Positions 17,401-27,312 of a stretch of 64,000 nucleotides of DNA are shown here, piece after piece. Positions within the stretch are counted from its first letter, which is position 1. Every line of letters begins with the position of its first letter. This DNA comes from Candidatus Omnitrophota bacterium. GTDB taxonomy: Bacteria > CAIJMQ01. The stretch covers positions 70,957 through 134,956 of the forward strand of contig JAHJCU010000005.1 of assembly GCA_018812925.1 (NCBI GenBank), in the 5' to 3' direction. The notes beneath the pieces are model-generated. The model worked only from the letters and a program-made list of their open reading frames with translations. It was not told the origin of the DNA and made no database searches. Both the position numbers and the translations under genes were made by a program.

Positions 17401-20034
17401 ATGAAATCAAGCGAAATTAGAACGGAATTTCTTAGATTTTTTGAAAAGAAAGGGCATATTATTAAACCTCCTTCTTCTTTAGTACCGCAAGATGACCCTA
17501 CGCTGTTATTTACCGGCGCGGGAATGAATCAATTCAAAAAAGAATTTTTAGGGGTAGGTGATAAGAAATTAAAAAGGGTTACGACTTGCCAAAAATGTTT
17601 CAGAACTTCGGATATAGAGATTATAGGCAAAAGCCCCTTGCATCATACATTTTTTGAAATGCTTGGCAATTTTTCCTTCGGTGATTATTTTAAGGAAGAA
17701 GCGATCCAGTGGGCTTGGCAGTTTGTAACAGAAACCTTTAAGCTGTCGGAAGAAAGCATCTGGATTTCTGTCTACGAAGATGATGAAGAGGCTTACAGAA
17801 TATGGAGCAAAGAAATAGGTGTTAAAAAAGAACGGATAGTGCCTTTGGGGAAAAACACCAACTGGTGGGATGCAGGAGAAACGGGTCCTTGCGGTCCATG
17901 TTCAGAAATAATTATTGACAGAGGGAAAGCGTTCGGGTGTGGTAAAAAAAGTTGCGATATAAACTGTGATTGTGGACGCCATCTTGAACTCTGGAATCTT
18001 GTATTTACCCAATTCAATAGAAAAGCAGACGGAAGTTTGGAACCATTGCCACAAAAAAATATCGATACGGGAATGGGGTTGGAAAGAGCATCGGCTATTA
18101 TGCAAAAAATGGAAGATAATTTTTTAACCGATGTTTTTTCTCCTCTTGTTCAGTCTATATGCGAAAAATCGAAAACAAAATACAATAAAGAAAACGTAAG
18201 ACCCATAAGGATTATTTCGGATCATATAAGAGCGATTGTCTTTTTGATTTCCGACGGGGTTTTCCCGTCCAACGACGGAAAAGGTTATGTGCTAAGAAGA
18301 CTTATCAGAAATGCCGCAAGGCAGGGAGAAAAAATAAAGCTCAAACTTCCTTTCCTATATGAATTCATTCCTACCGTAATAAAAACAACGGCAGAGGCAT
18401 ATCCTGATTTAAAAGACAGGAAGGAGCATGTCGCCAAAGTTTTAAAAAGCGAGGAAGATTCCTATAAACGCACTCTTAGGGAAGGTTCTAAAATTTTGGG
18501 AGAAATTTTTCAAAAACATAAAGAGAAAAAACAAAAGGGCATATCAGGAAAAGAATTATTTAAACTTTATGATACATACGGTTTGCCTTCGGATTTAGTT
18601 GAAGAAATTGCACGCGAGGAAGGTTTTGAAGTAGATAAAAAGGGATTTCAGAAGGAAATGGACTCTCAAAAAATAAAGGGACGGCTTGCATGGACAGGAG
18701 ACACGAAAACTTCCGACAAAGCAACGCTATATGAACACCTGTCGGAAAAATTCGGCTCTACAAAATTCGTAGGTTACGAAAAATTACAATGCGATACTGA
18801 AATTCTTTCTATTGTTCAAGACAGTATTGATTATAAGGGAAAAATCGGTAATGCAGAAGTGGGATTAATTGTCGCTACGACTCCTTTTTATGCGGAAATG
18901 GGTGGACAGGTTTTTGATATGGGCAGTTTTCAGACGAAAAAAGCAAAGGGAAGCATAGACAATGTGTATTATGGCAAAGAAGGATTAATAGTCCATAGCG
19001 CGAAAATAGAAGAAGGAGAGATAGAAAAAGGAGAAAAAATACATTTAACGGTAAACAAACAAAGAAGACAAAATATCGCCTGCCATCATACCGCAACGCA
19101 TTTACTTCAATATGCTCTGCGAACCGTATTGGGAAGTCACATTCAGCAGTCAGGTTCGCTTGTTGAGGAAAATTACTTAAGGTTTGACTTTTCACATTTT
19201 TCCCAGATTACAAAAGAGGAACTTGCAAGAATAGAAGAAATTGTTAACGAAAAAATAAGAGAAATTATACCTGTAAAAATAGAAAATTTATCGCTTGTAG
19301 AAGCCAAAAAGAAAGGCGCTTTAAGTTTCTTCGGTGAAAAATACGGCGAGCTTGTACGGGTGGTTTCGGTTGGTGATACAAGCAAGGAATTCTGCGGAGG
19401 AATTCACGTAAATAATACCGGCCAAATAGGCATGTTCCACATATTAAGTGAAAGTTCCATAGGCAAAGGATTAAGAAGAATTGAAGCTGTTGCCGGACAG
19501 CCGGCATATGTATCAATCAGAAATAAACTGCATTCTGTTGAAAAAATATCTTATCTTTTAAAAACTTCCCCGGAAATTATAGAAAAAAGAGTTCAAGAAT
19601 TGCTTGACCAGCAAAAACTTCTTTCAAAACAGATAGAGGTATTATCGGAACAAACTTTACTTGAAAAGATAAACAATGCGTCGGATAAAGCTAAAACTAT
19701 AAACGGAATAAGCGTTGTTAATTTAAGAATAGATGGAGTAAGAGCAGATGCTTTAAGAAGAGCCGTTGATATCTTGAAAGACAAAATAAAAAACTCCGCT
19801 GTTGTTGTTTTTGGGTCAGTAAAAGATAAAAATGTAATATTTGTCGGGGGTATTACTACTGACTTGGTGGAAAAAGGGTTTAACGCAGGAACAATAATAA
19901 GCGAAATTTCCAAGATTGCGGGCGGAAGCGGCGGAGGTAGAACCGAGATGGCAACAGGCGGAGGCAAAGATATAAGTAAATTGGATAAGGCCCTGCAGGA
20001 AGTCGAGAATATCATAAAGAAATTCAAAGTTTAA
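17401..20034 (+). CDS. alaS: Alanine--tRNA ligase.
   Basis: 877 aa. The N-terminal catalytic core ('FTGAGMNQFK', 'FEMLGNFSFGDYFK'), editing-domain 'HHTATHLL' and a C-terminal DHHA1-like tail match AlaS. Confidence 0.9.
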   Translation: MKSSEIRTEFLRFFEKKGHIIKPPSSLVPQDDPTLLFTGAGMNQFKKEFLGVGDKKLKRVTTCQKCFRTSDIEIIGKSPLHHTFFEMLGNFSFGDYFKEEAIQWAWQFVTETFKLSEESIWISVYEDDEEAYRIWSKEIGVKKERIVPLGKNTNWWDAGETGPCGPCSEIIIDRGKAFGCGKKSCDINCDCGRHLELWNLVFTQFNRKADGSLEPLPQKNIDTGMGLERASAIMQKMEDNFLTDVFSPLVQSICEKSKTKYNKENVRPIRIISDHIRAIVFLISDGVFPSNDGKGYVLRRLIRNAARQGEKIKLKLPFLYEFIPTVIKTTAEAYPDLKDRKEHVAKVLKSEEDSYKRTLREGSKILGEIFQKHKEKKQKGISGKELFKLYDTYGLPSDLVEEIAREEGFEVDKKGFQKEMDSQKIKGRLAWTGDTKTSDKATLYEHLSEKFGSTKFVGYEKLQCDTEILSIVQDSIDYKGKIGNAEVGLIVATTPFYAEMGGQVFDMGSFQTKKAKGSIDNVYYGKEGLIVHSAKIEEGEIEKGEKIHLTVNKQRRQNIACHHTATHLLQYALRTVLGSHIQQSGSLVEENYLRFDFSHFSQITKEELARIEEIVNEKIREIIPVKIENLSLVEAKKKGALSFFGEKYGELVRVVSVGDTSKEFCGGIHVNNTGQIGMFHILSESSIGKGLRRIEAVAGQPAYVSIRNKLHSVEKISYLLKTSPEIIEKRVQELLDQQKLLSKQIEVLSEQTLLEKINNASDKAKTINGISVVNLRIDGVRADALRRAVDILKDKIKNSAVVVFGSVKDKNVIFVGGITTDLVEKGFNAGTIISEISKIAGGSGGGRTEMATGGGKDISKLDKALQEVENIIKKFKV

Positions 20035-20066
20035 GATTCTCAATTCCTTAATAATACAATAATAAC

Positions 20067-20537
20067 ATGCTAATCGTTGACGGATATAATGTGCTTATGC
20101 AAATGGGGTTAAGAGACAAGACTTTAGAAGTAAGAAGAGACCATTTCATTAGAATATTAAACATTAGGAACAAGATGTTCGGTGGGATAACGGTAGTCTT
20201 TGACGGGAAAGAAGAAATTGAAGGGTCTTACATAAAAGCAAGAACACCCGTAAAAGTTATTTATACCAGAGGTGAATCTGCAGACGACTGTATCAAATCA
20301 ATGATAGAAAAATCCCAGAATCCACAGGCAATAACAATAGCAACGGATGACAGGGAAATCAAAGATTTTGCAAAAATGCATTTTTGTAAACTTATATCTT
20401 CGCTTGACTTAATAAGCAAAGTTTCCCCCGTTAAAAAAGAACTTCCTGAAGAACCCGAAGAAAACAAAGACGATTTTGTGAATAGCGTCAAAGCAAGGGC
20501 AATTACCGACGAACTGAAAAAAAAGTGGCAAATGTAA
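20067..20537 (+). CDS. NYN-domain protein (YacP/Rae1-like predicted RNase).
   Basis: 'MLIVDGYNVLMQMG' is the YacP-type NYN N-terminus. 156 aa. Confidence 0.65.
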   Translation: MLIVDGYNVLMQMGLRDKTLEVRRDHFIRILNIRNKMFGGITVVFDGKEEIEGSYIKARTPVKVIYTRGESADDCIKSMIEKSQNPQAITIATDDREIKDFAKMHFCKLISSLDLISKVSPVKKELPEEPEENKDDFVNSVKARAITDELKKKWQM

Positions 20538-20605
20538 ATTCCAAATCACAAATAAATTATTTTAAAATAGGGATAGGTGACGGTTAGGGTTTACGTAAAG
20601 CTTTT

Positions 20606-20745
20606 TAAATTCGAAGCACGAAATTCAAAATACGAAACAATATCGAATGACTAAAACTCAAATGACAAAAACATTAAGTTTGGGAAATTTGGACATTAGG
20701 ATTTTGAATTTGTTTCGTGCTTCGATATTAGGATTTCGGATTTTA
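20606..20745. repeat. Palindromic ~140-bp dispersed element (family B, copy 2).
   Basis: TCGAAGCACGAAA...TTTCGTGCTTCGA inverted termini. It shares 'ATGACA-AAA...AAGTTT-GGAAA-TT-GGACATTAGGATTTTGAATTTGTTTCG' with copy 1. Confidence 0.6.
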
Positions 20746-20751
20746 TAATAT

Positions 20752-21462
20752 TTATCTATATTTAAATTCTACATACCTTATAAAACGGAATAATCCGTGC
20801 GTATCTTTAATCCCTATTCTATTAAGCGCGTAAAGGTTGTCGTTCTGCTTTACTATGCCTCTTTTTGTAGTTAAAGCGCATTTATAGCCGACTTCTTTTA
20901 GAATCTGTTGCACCCCAGAATTGAAGTGTCCGTATGGATAACATAAAAAATCCGCTTTCTTACCCAGTTGTTTTTCGATTATCTCTCTTGAAATAACGAG
21001 TTCTTTTTTTATCTTTTCTTTATCCAGTTTAGGTAGGGATGGATGTGTATGAGTATGCGGCTGAAAATCTATACCGTAATTCGCCATTTCTTTTATCTTA
21101 TCCCACGAGAGTAGCGGCTCTTTTATAGTTTCCTCACTATTTATCCACCCGGACAAACCACCGATATCTTTTGTTATCAGAAAAATAGTCGCGCTAAATC
21201 TGAACTCTTTTAGAATAGGGAATGCGTAAGTATAATTGTCCTCATATCCGTCATCAAATGTGAGAATAATAGATTTTGAGGGAAGTTTTTTTGTACCGTC
21301 AAGCCAATTGAGCAATTCATATAAGCTGATGGTCTTATAACCGCGCCACTTAAGATACCTCATCTGACGGCGAAAATTATATGGTGTAACATATAGGGCT
21401 GATACTTTTGCCTTAGGATTTGGCTGGCTAATTTTGTGATAGAACAGAATCGGGACTTTCAT
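20752..21462 (-). CDS. Polysaccharide deacetylase (NodB-homology) family protein.
   Basis: 'LTFDDGYEDNYTYAFPILKEF' and 'HTHTHPSL' are NodB-domain motifs. Confidence 0.75.
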   Translation of the reverse strand: MKVPILFYHKISQPNPKAKVSALYVTPYNFRRQMRYLKWRGYKTISLYELLNWLDGTKKLPSKSIILTFDDGYEDNYTYAFPILKEFRFSATIFLITKDIGGLSGWINSEETIKEPLLSWDKIKEMANYGIDFQPHTHTHPSLPKLDKEKIKKELVISREIIEKQLGKKADFLCYPYGHFNSGVQQILKEVGYKCALTTKRGIVKQNDNLYALNRIGIKDTHGLFRFIRYVEFKYR

Positions 21463-22669
21463 TTTTTATTTTTTTATGCGTAATATTGTGAGAACCTGCC
21501 AAATTTTCAAAGAGAGGAAGTCTTCCAAAACGCGCAGGAAGGGGGACATTATCTCTTTTCAAAGGAAGGATTACGGTAATTTCGGTACCTTCATCTAATT
21601 TACTTTTGAATTTTATATCTCCGCCGTGAGCTTTGATTATGCGATATGTTATCATCAGACCCAACCCCGAACCTTCCGTTTTTGTCGTGAAATACGGTTC
21701 GAATATTCTATAAAGATTATTTTCAGCAATACCGATCCCCTCATCTTTGATTACTACTTCAATTATGTCGCCTCTTAAAAAAGTGGATATATAAATATTT
21801 CCGCCTTTAGGCATTGCTTCTAAGGAATTTTTAAAGATGTTCAGTAACGCTTGTTTTATCTGAATACGGTCAAGAAGAAAGGAAGGAATATATGGAGAAA
21901 AGCTTTCTTTTATTTTTATATTATTTTTTTTAAACTCGGGTGAAAAGAAAGTGACAAGCTCTTTTATTATACTTTCTATTGCTACTTCTTCCAATTTGAG
22001 AAGTGAAGGGCGAGATGCTTCAAGAAATTGTTCGACTATTTTATCCAGTCGGTCTATTTCTTCTCTTATAGTTTCCACAAAACCGACAAGTTTTTCCTGG
22101 GAATTAGCAGATAATTTTTTGATTTCCTTCTTTAAAAGTTCAAGATGAATCTGAAGAGAATTTAAAGGGTTGCCGACTTCGTGTGCAACACCAGCTGCAA
22201 GTTGTGATAAAGTCGCAAACCTTTCTCCGCTTGCCCTTTCTTCTTGAGTTTTTCTTTCTTGAGTAATGTCATCTATTATTATAATCCCTCCCAAGGGTTT
22301 CCCTTTTTTCGATAAAAGGGCTAATTTGCTCATTTTAAGCAAACGGTGGCGGGGTTCTGAGACCTCTACTATTTCGTCTTTGAATTCCTTTTTGCTTTCC
22401 AATATCAAATGCGCTAAACGTTTGTCATAGAACGAAAAAGAACCAAACAAGTCGTTTATATCAATAGACATTATCTCGTTAAGACGTTTATTTATATATA
22501 CAGCGTTATTGTCAAAATCTAAAACGAGTATTCCTTCTGTAAGAGAATTGAAAATATTTTCTAAAAGACCTCTTTCCCAAAGAAGTTCGCCTATATACTG
22601 GCGAATTTCCCCTTTGTCTATATTCTCTATCTTGTCTATTAATTTTTCCCAAAATCTTTCCAGAATCAT
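21428..22669 (-). CDS. Sensor histidine kinase (PAS, HisKA and HATPase_c domains).
   Basis: H-box 'HEVGNPLNSLQ', N-box 'IFKNSLEAM', G-boxes 'IKDEGIGI' and 'GSGLGLMI'. Confidence 0.8.
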   Translation of the reverse strand: MILERFWEKLIDKIENIDKGEIRQYIGELLWERGLLENIFNSLTEGILVLDFDNNAVYINKRLNEIMSIDINDLFGSFSFYDKRLAHLILESKKEFKDEIVEVSEPRHRLLKMSKLALLSKKGKPLGGIIIIDDITQERKTQEERASGERFATLSQLAAGVAHEVGNPLNSLQIHLELLKKEIKKLSANSQEKLVGFVETIREEIDRLDKIVEQFLEASRPSLLKLEEVAIESIIKELVTFFSPEFKKNNIKIKESFSPYIPSFLLDRIQIKQALLNIFKNSLEAMPKGGNIYISTFLRGDIIEVVIKDEGIGIAENNLYRIFEPYFTTKTEGSGLGLMITYRIIKAHGGDIKFKSKLDEGTEITVILPLKRDNVPLPARFGRLPLFENLAGSHNITHKKIKNESPDSVLSQN

Positions 22670-22686
22670 ATTTTTTAAAAACTCAC

Positions 22687-22723
22687 GAAATACATAGAAA
22701 TATGTTGAAATACAGTGGAAATA
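22687..22723 (+). promoter_or_regulatory. Four helically phased GAAATA direct repeats (10/10/11-bp spacing) in the promoter region of the histidine-kinase gene.
   Basis: ACGAAATAcataGAAATAtgttGAAATAcagtgGAAATAat. An inverse pair of TATTTC repeats lies at 22770-22786. Confidence 0.45.
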
Positions 22724-22801
22724 ATATTGTCATTTTAAAAATCTAAATTTTTAACAACGTATCTCTATGTATTTCTATTCTATTTCCATGTATATTCACA
22801 T

Positions 22802-23560
22802 TCATTCAAGTAATTCTTCTCTGTTATCCAACAAAACTGTTATGGGACCTACTGCAGTGTTGGCTTTCATCAAAATGGGTAATTTTCTCTCATCATCGGT
22901 CAACCATATTTTAATGTCACTTATTTTGGTCGAGGAAATACCCAATGTAACATCTTGTGTCGCAACATCAATCACAATAGTATCGAAAGTCTTGCCGTAA
23001 ATTTTCAAAGGTTCTTTTGAAACTGCCTGCACTTTTATGGGATAGATTTTCTTTTGAACTAACACAGGCACAATAACGCTCTCACTCACTTCCCATTTTT
23101 TCAAACGAATTAAGAATAAAGCCGAGAGAGGATTTTGTAAGCCGGGTTCTTTTGCTAAAAGTTCCACAAAATCCGTTTTCTCTTCGTATTTATAATTTTT
23201 CTCCTGCTGTTTTACTTCCCACCATATCGGCAAGATTTCTTTCGAGTCTAGAATTGCAAGCGTGGAATATTCATTCCTAATTCTAAAAAATATATCCGCT
23301 AAACCTACAGTTTTTAATTGGGACTGAAAAAAATAAGATTTTTGTTCCAAATCCGGTAAAGGAATTTTTTCGAAATCTATTGTTGATTTGCCGCCTATTA
23401 TGCCATTCCATCTAAGGGAAAATTCCAATTTTTCAGTGTCTTTTGAAAAAATCTCTTCCCCGCCTGATGCGAAGCTGGCAGGGGATTTTAGTTCAAAGTT
23501 CCCATAAAGAAAAAAGAGCATGCAGACAATAAGGGCAAAAAATATTTTCTTTTTTTTCAT
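22802..23560 (-). CDS. Secreted/lipoprotein-like hypothetical protein.
   Basis: 'MKKKKIFFALIVCMLFFLYGNF' is a signal peptide. No catalytic motif recognised. Confidence 0.4.
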   Translation of the reverse strand: MKKKKIFFALIVCMLFFLYGNFELKSPASFASGGEEIFSKDTEKLEFSLRWNGIIGGKSTIDFEKIPLPDLEQKSYFFQSQLKTVGLADIFFRIRNEYSTLAILDSKEILPIWWEVKQQEKNYKYEEKTDFVELLAKEPGLQNPLSALFLIRLKKWEVSESVIVPVLVQKKIYPIKVQAVSKEPLKIYGKTFDTIVIDVATQDVTLGISSTKISDIKIWLTDDERKLPILMKANTAVGPITVLLDNREELLE

Positions 23561-23655
23561 ATGTTTATATCTCCTTTCTTGTTGTAGTTTTCCCATCTGT
23601 CGCTTGCTTTTCCTTTTTAAAGTAATTTAAGAGAAGGTTGATATCAAGCAACGGG

Positions 23656-25260
23656 TTATTTCTCATATTTAACTTTTTCTTTTTGTAAGATAATATGTTT
23701 TTGCCAAATTTTATCATTTCTTTTTGGGTAGTCCAACCTATAATGACCGCCGCGGGATTCCTTCCTTATAAGAGCGGATTTTACTATCAAAGAAGATACT
23801 GTAAGCATGTTTTGAAGTTCCCACCCTTTTGGGGAAGAAAATTCTTTTGCAAGAACATAATCCATCCAAAATTTTATTTTATCTTTTACTTCCTTTAGCT
23901 TGTCTTCTTTTCTTTCAATTCCTACATCTCTGGTCATATAACTCCTTAAAGAATTTTTAATATCTTCCAGGTCAAGATTGAATGGCAACTGAGAAGGATG
24001 GTTCTTGATATAGATTGATTCTTTAATTTTTCTTTTCTTCCCAAGAGTTTGTCCTGCTTCTTTGCCCGTCCTATAACCAAAAACTAATCCTTCTAATAAT
24101 GAATTTGAAGCCAGGCGATTTGCTCCGTGAACGCCGGAAGAAGCAACTTCTCCGCATGCAAAGAGATTGTTTATAGATGTCCTGCCTTTTAAATCTACTT
24201 TTACGCCTCCAATGGTATAGTGAGCAGAGGGGCGAACAGGAACAAGATTTTTACCTACGTTTAATCCTACTTTTTCGCATATGTTTACCAAGTTGGGAAA
24301 TCTTTTTCTCACCTTGTGATAAGGGATACTTTTGACATCAAGATATACATTTGGTGAATCCGTTAATTTCATTTCCTTTATAATTGCTCTGGATACAATA
24401 TCTCGGGGAGCCAAATCGCCGGAAGGATGATATTTAAGCATAAATTTTTTCCCGTATTTATTTCTTAAAACGCCGCCTTCGCCTCTAACAGATTCGGAAA
24501 TCAACAATCTTGAAGTCCCTGCAACATATAAAGCAGTAGGATGGAATTGGATAAATTCCATGTCTTGCAATTGTCCTCCTGCTCTATAAACCATAGCAAT
24601 ACCATCGCCTGTAGCAACGGCATGATTTGTAGTTTCCCTGTAAACTTGACATACGCCGCCTGTGGTAAGGATTACTTTATCTGCCAAAACAGAAAATAAC
24701 CCTTCTTTAGCGGTAAACATGTACGCCCCCAAACAATGATTATCTTTGACAATCAAATCAATGCAAAAAGTATTTTCCAAAACTTTAATATTTTTTAAAT
24801 TATGGACACAGGAAATAAGAGTCTTTTCTATTTCTCTTCCTGTTGCATCGCCCTGAGCATGAATTATTCTTTTTAAACTATGACCGCCTTCTTGAGTAAA
24901 AAGAATTTTTCCGTTTTTATTATCAAAATTGGCGCCGCCGTCTATTAATTCTTTTACTCTTTTGGGACCTTCTTTTACCAAAACTTCCACAGCTTTTCTT
25001 TTACATAATCCGTTACCAACGTTTAATGTGTCTTCTATATGTTTTGCGTATGTATCGCTCTCTGAAAGCACAACGGCAACTCCTCCCTGAGCTTCACTAG
25101 TATTGCAGTCGGGAAGTTTCTTCTTGGTTGCTATAACTACTTTTCCGTATTTGGATGCAACAAGTGCCGACTCAAGGCCGGCAACGCCGCTACCTATTAT
25201 GAGAATATCGGTAGTGATATGATATGTTTTTAATTTTTCGGGATTCATTAGAGATTCCAA
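23656..25260 (-). CDS. nadB: L-aspartate oxidase.
   Basis: FAD motif 'DILIIGSGVAGLESA', fumarate-reductase/succinate-dehydrogenase flavoprotein family motifs ('RLASNSLLEGLVFG'). 534 aa. Confidence 0.85.
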   Translation of the reverse strand: MESLMNPEKLKTYHITTDILIIGSGVAGLESALVASKYGKVVIATKKKLPDCNTSEAQGGVAVVLSESDTYAKHIEDTLNVGNGLCKRKAVEVLVKEGPKRVKELIDGGANFDNKNGKILFTQEGGHSLKRIIHAQGDATGREIEKTLISCVHNLKNIKVLENTFCIDLIVKDNHCLGAYMFTAKEGLFSVLADKVILTTGGVCQVYRETTNHAVATGDGIAMVYRAGGQLQDMEFIQFHPTALYVAGTSRLLISESVRGEGGVLRNKYGKKFMLKYHPSGDLAPRDIVSRAIIKEMKLTDSPNVYLDVKSIPYHKVRKRFPNLVNICEKVGLNVGKNLVPVRPSAHYTIGGVKVDLKGRTSINNLFACGEVASSGVHGANRLASNSLLEGLVFGYRTGKEAGQTLGKKRKIKESIYIKNHPSQLPFNLDLEDIKNSLRSYMTRDVGIERKEDKLKEVKDKIKFWMDYVLAKEFSSPKGWELQNMLTVSSLIVKSALIRKESRGGHYRLDYPKRNDKIWQKHIILQKEKVKYEK

Positions 25261-25345
25261 TTTAACCTCATTTCATTCGGTTAGACTTAAGAAGACAGAA
25301 ATCAGATGTCAGACTTTTGTTTTCTGCCCTCCACATACTTTATAA

Positions 25346-26980
25346 CTAGATAATGGCTTTTTTAATACAAGAAGGGAGCTTTGGGAAACCTTTTAGATAT
25401 TTTTGCCTTTCTAAACGCAGCGCTGAGACAGCTTTTTTAATATCATCTGCGCCGTAGAAATTTTCAAGTTCATATTTATCTAAATTGACATTTTCTATCA
25501 CCTTGGGCACAAGAATTTGCCAATATCGGCTTTTCACCCATTTAATATCTCCTTTAAAGATAGCTTTTCCTACACGGGAAAGATCCTGGTTTTCTATTTT
25601 TTTGGGCCTTGATTTTCTCTTCTTTTTGACTTCTTTACTAAACGATTCTCCAACGCTACCTGTATTGATTAAATAAGTTTCAACCTTTTGTTTGTTATTT
25701 TCTGCAAAACTTAAAAATCCTTCCGCTTCTTCTTCGGCGTTTCCTATCAAATAGGGATTGCTTGCCGGGTTTCTAATAATCTTGCCGTCGTAAACGGATT
25801 CACCCAACATAAAAAGAGCGGATGCTTGTTCGAGTTCGAGTTTGCAAATCGGCGGAACAACTGTATTGAATTTTGTCATAATAAATATTTTCAACCCGTC
25901 CAGTTTTTCTATTGAAGACAAATTAAAATTTTCTTCGCTCAAAGATTTTTTTTCGGATAAAGAAGCAGGATTTGACCGCCCTACATCTTGTATTTGAATT
26001 AATGCTTGACCATTATCCGTAACAGTGCTGTCCTGAAAATCTAATCTGCCTTGATGGTCAATAATGACATTTTCAAAATTTGTTTTTCTGTTAAGCGCAG
26101 CTCTGTAAAGAAGAGGATTTAAATGAGATTCCAATCCTTGAGCTTTTACCAAAAAAGTTTTTTCAGCGCCAAGAACCTGATTGTGTTTTCTTATAAATAA
26201 GATTCCATCTTGCAATGGTCTTGCATCTTCGCCTTTGGCGTTTAAAGAAAAATTGTCGTTCAAATAAGCTGTTTTACCGGTTTGAGACGGACCAACAAAA
26301 ATCACCGCATAATTTTTGAACTTTTTTTCTTTGCTATAGTAATGCGTAACGAGTTTACTTGCGCCATAAAGAACCTGAAGCCCGTTTGCTTTGGCAAACC
26401 ATGTAGCCATCCGCAAAAAGCTAGTTCTTATCTCGTCAAAATAATCACTCCCAAGCACATATGTTACGCCCATTTCCGGAAAAACGATTGTTTGTCTCTG
26501 AGGCCATTCTGGAATGCAGATAAGGTGAAGTTTTAACGCCCGTTTTTTTTGCGGATTGAATAAAGACTGGCTCCACAAAAAAGGCAATTTTACGCTTTCT
26601 TTTTTGTGAAGCGATGTGAATAATGTACAGTGCAAATTAAAATCTTCGTTATTGCATATTTTCTTTTCGACACATGTAAAAGGCACTTTCTTTGCGTAAT
26701 GGTGAATTTTTGCCAGAGTTGAGGGAAGTTCTCGAAGAATACGGATCTGGGAAGGATTTAGATTTTTCTGCGCAACATCCTTACCTCCGACATAAACGGT
26801 TAACGGTAAAGAGGAGCATTGCGTATTTGAGGTGAAAGCCAAACTGCCATGTTGAGTTCTAATCCCATAGTTGGCTGCAAACTCTTCCAACTCATAGTCA
26901 TCTACATGCCTTAAGTTGGGCTGATAATAAAAATCTTTTATTTCATTTGCTACGATATGTAGAATCTTTTCTACTTCCAT
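25346..26980 (-). CDS. Divergent phosphoenolpyruvate carboxykinase (ATP)-like protein.
   Basis: Kinase-1a-like 'VIFVGPSQTGKTAYL', 'ENVIIDHQGRLDFQDSTVTDNGQ' (compare PckA 'ENV..DG.IDFDDGS.TEN') and 'YLINTGSVGE' (compare 'YLVNTGWNG'). The metal-binding 'LIGDDEHGW' segment is poorly conserved. Confidence 0.5.
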   Translation of the reverse strand: MEVEKILHIVANEIKDFYYQPNLRHVDDYELEEFAANYGIRTQHGSLAFTSNTQCSSLPLTVYVGGKDVAQKNLNPSQIRILRELPSTLAKIHHYAKKVPFTCVEKKICNNEDFNLHCTLFTSLHKKESVKLPFLWSQSLFNPQKKRALKLHLICIPEWPQRQTIVFPEMGVTYVLGSDYFDEIRTSFLRMATWFAKANGLQVLYGASKLVTHYYSKEKKFKNYAVIFVGPSQTGKTAYLNDNFSLNAKGEDARPLQDGILFIRKHNQVLGAEKTFLVKAQGLESHLNPLLYRAALNRKTNFENVIIDHQGRLDFQDSTVTDNGQALIQIQDVGRSNPASLSEKKSLSEENFNLSSIEKLDGLKIFIMTKFNTVVPPICKLELEQASALFMLGESVYDGKIIRNPASNPYLIGNAEEEAEGFLSFAENNKQKVETYLINTGSVGESFSKEVKKKRKSRPKKIENQDLSRVGKAIFKGDIKWVKSRYWQILVPKVIENVNLDKYELENFYGADDIKKAVSALRLERQKYLKGFPKLPSCIKKAII

Positions 26981-27020
26981 CGAATTGGACTATAGTGTAT
27001 CATTCTTAAGCGTCGATTGT

Positions 27021-27150
27021 CAACCCCGTTAGAGATAAGAAATGCCTTTAGGCGTTTCTATATCTACGAGATTTCCTGCCTTAATTATATTACTTTTATA
27101 GCTCTACATTAACTAAGTTTTTGACAGATTAACATCTCTAACGGGGGTTG
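27021..27150. repeat. Long-range inverted repeat CAACCCCGTTAGAGAT ... ATCTCTAACGGGGGTTG (16/17 bp, ~97-nt loop) in a divergent intergenic region.
   Basis: Arms at 27021-27036 and 27134-27150, read directly from the sequence. Confidence 0.6.
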
Positions 27151-27312
27151 AATTATTCGTTATTTTAGGTTAAAATTCTATCCAAATAAACAAAATAAGC
27201 GCAAAAATTTCCTAAAACAAGAGGTGGGAAGATCATTAATTTCAAGAAAATTGCTCTTATAGGAGCTTTAGCGGCAGAGGAAAAAAAAGCAGAAGATATA
27301 GTTATCCTAAAC

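Noticed and set aside
19593-20027. A 144-aa minus-strand ORF inside alaS.
   Set aside because: Antisense shadow of a highly conserved gene.
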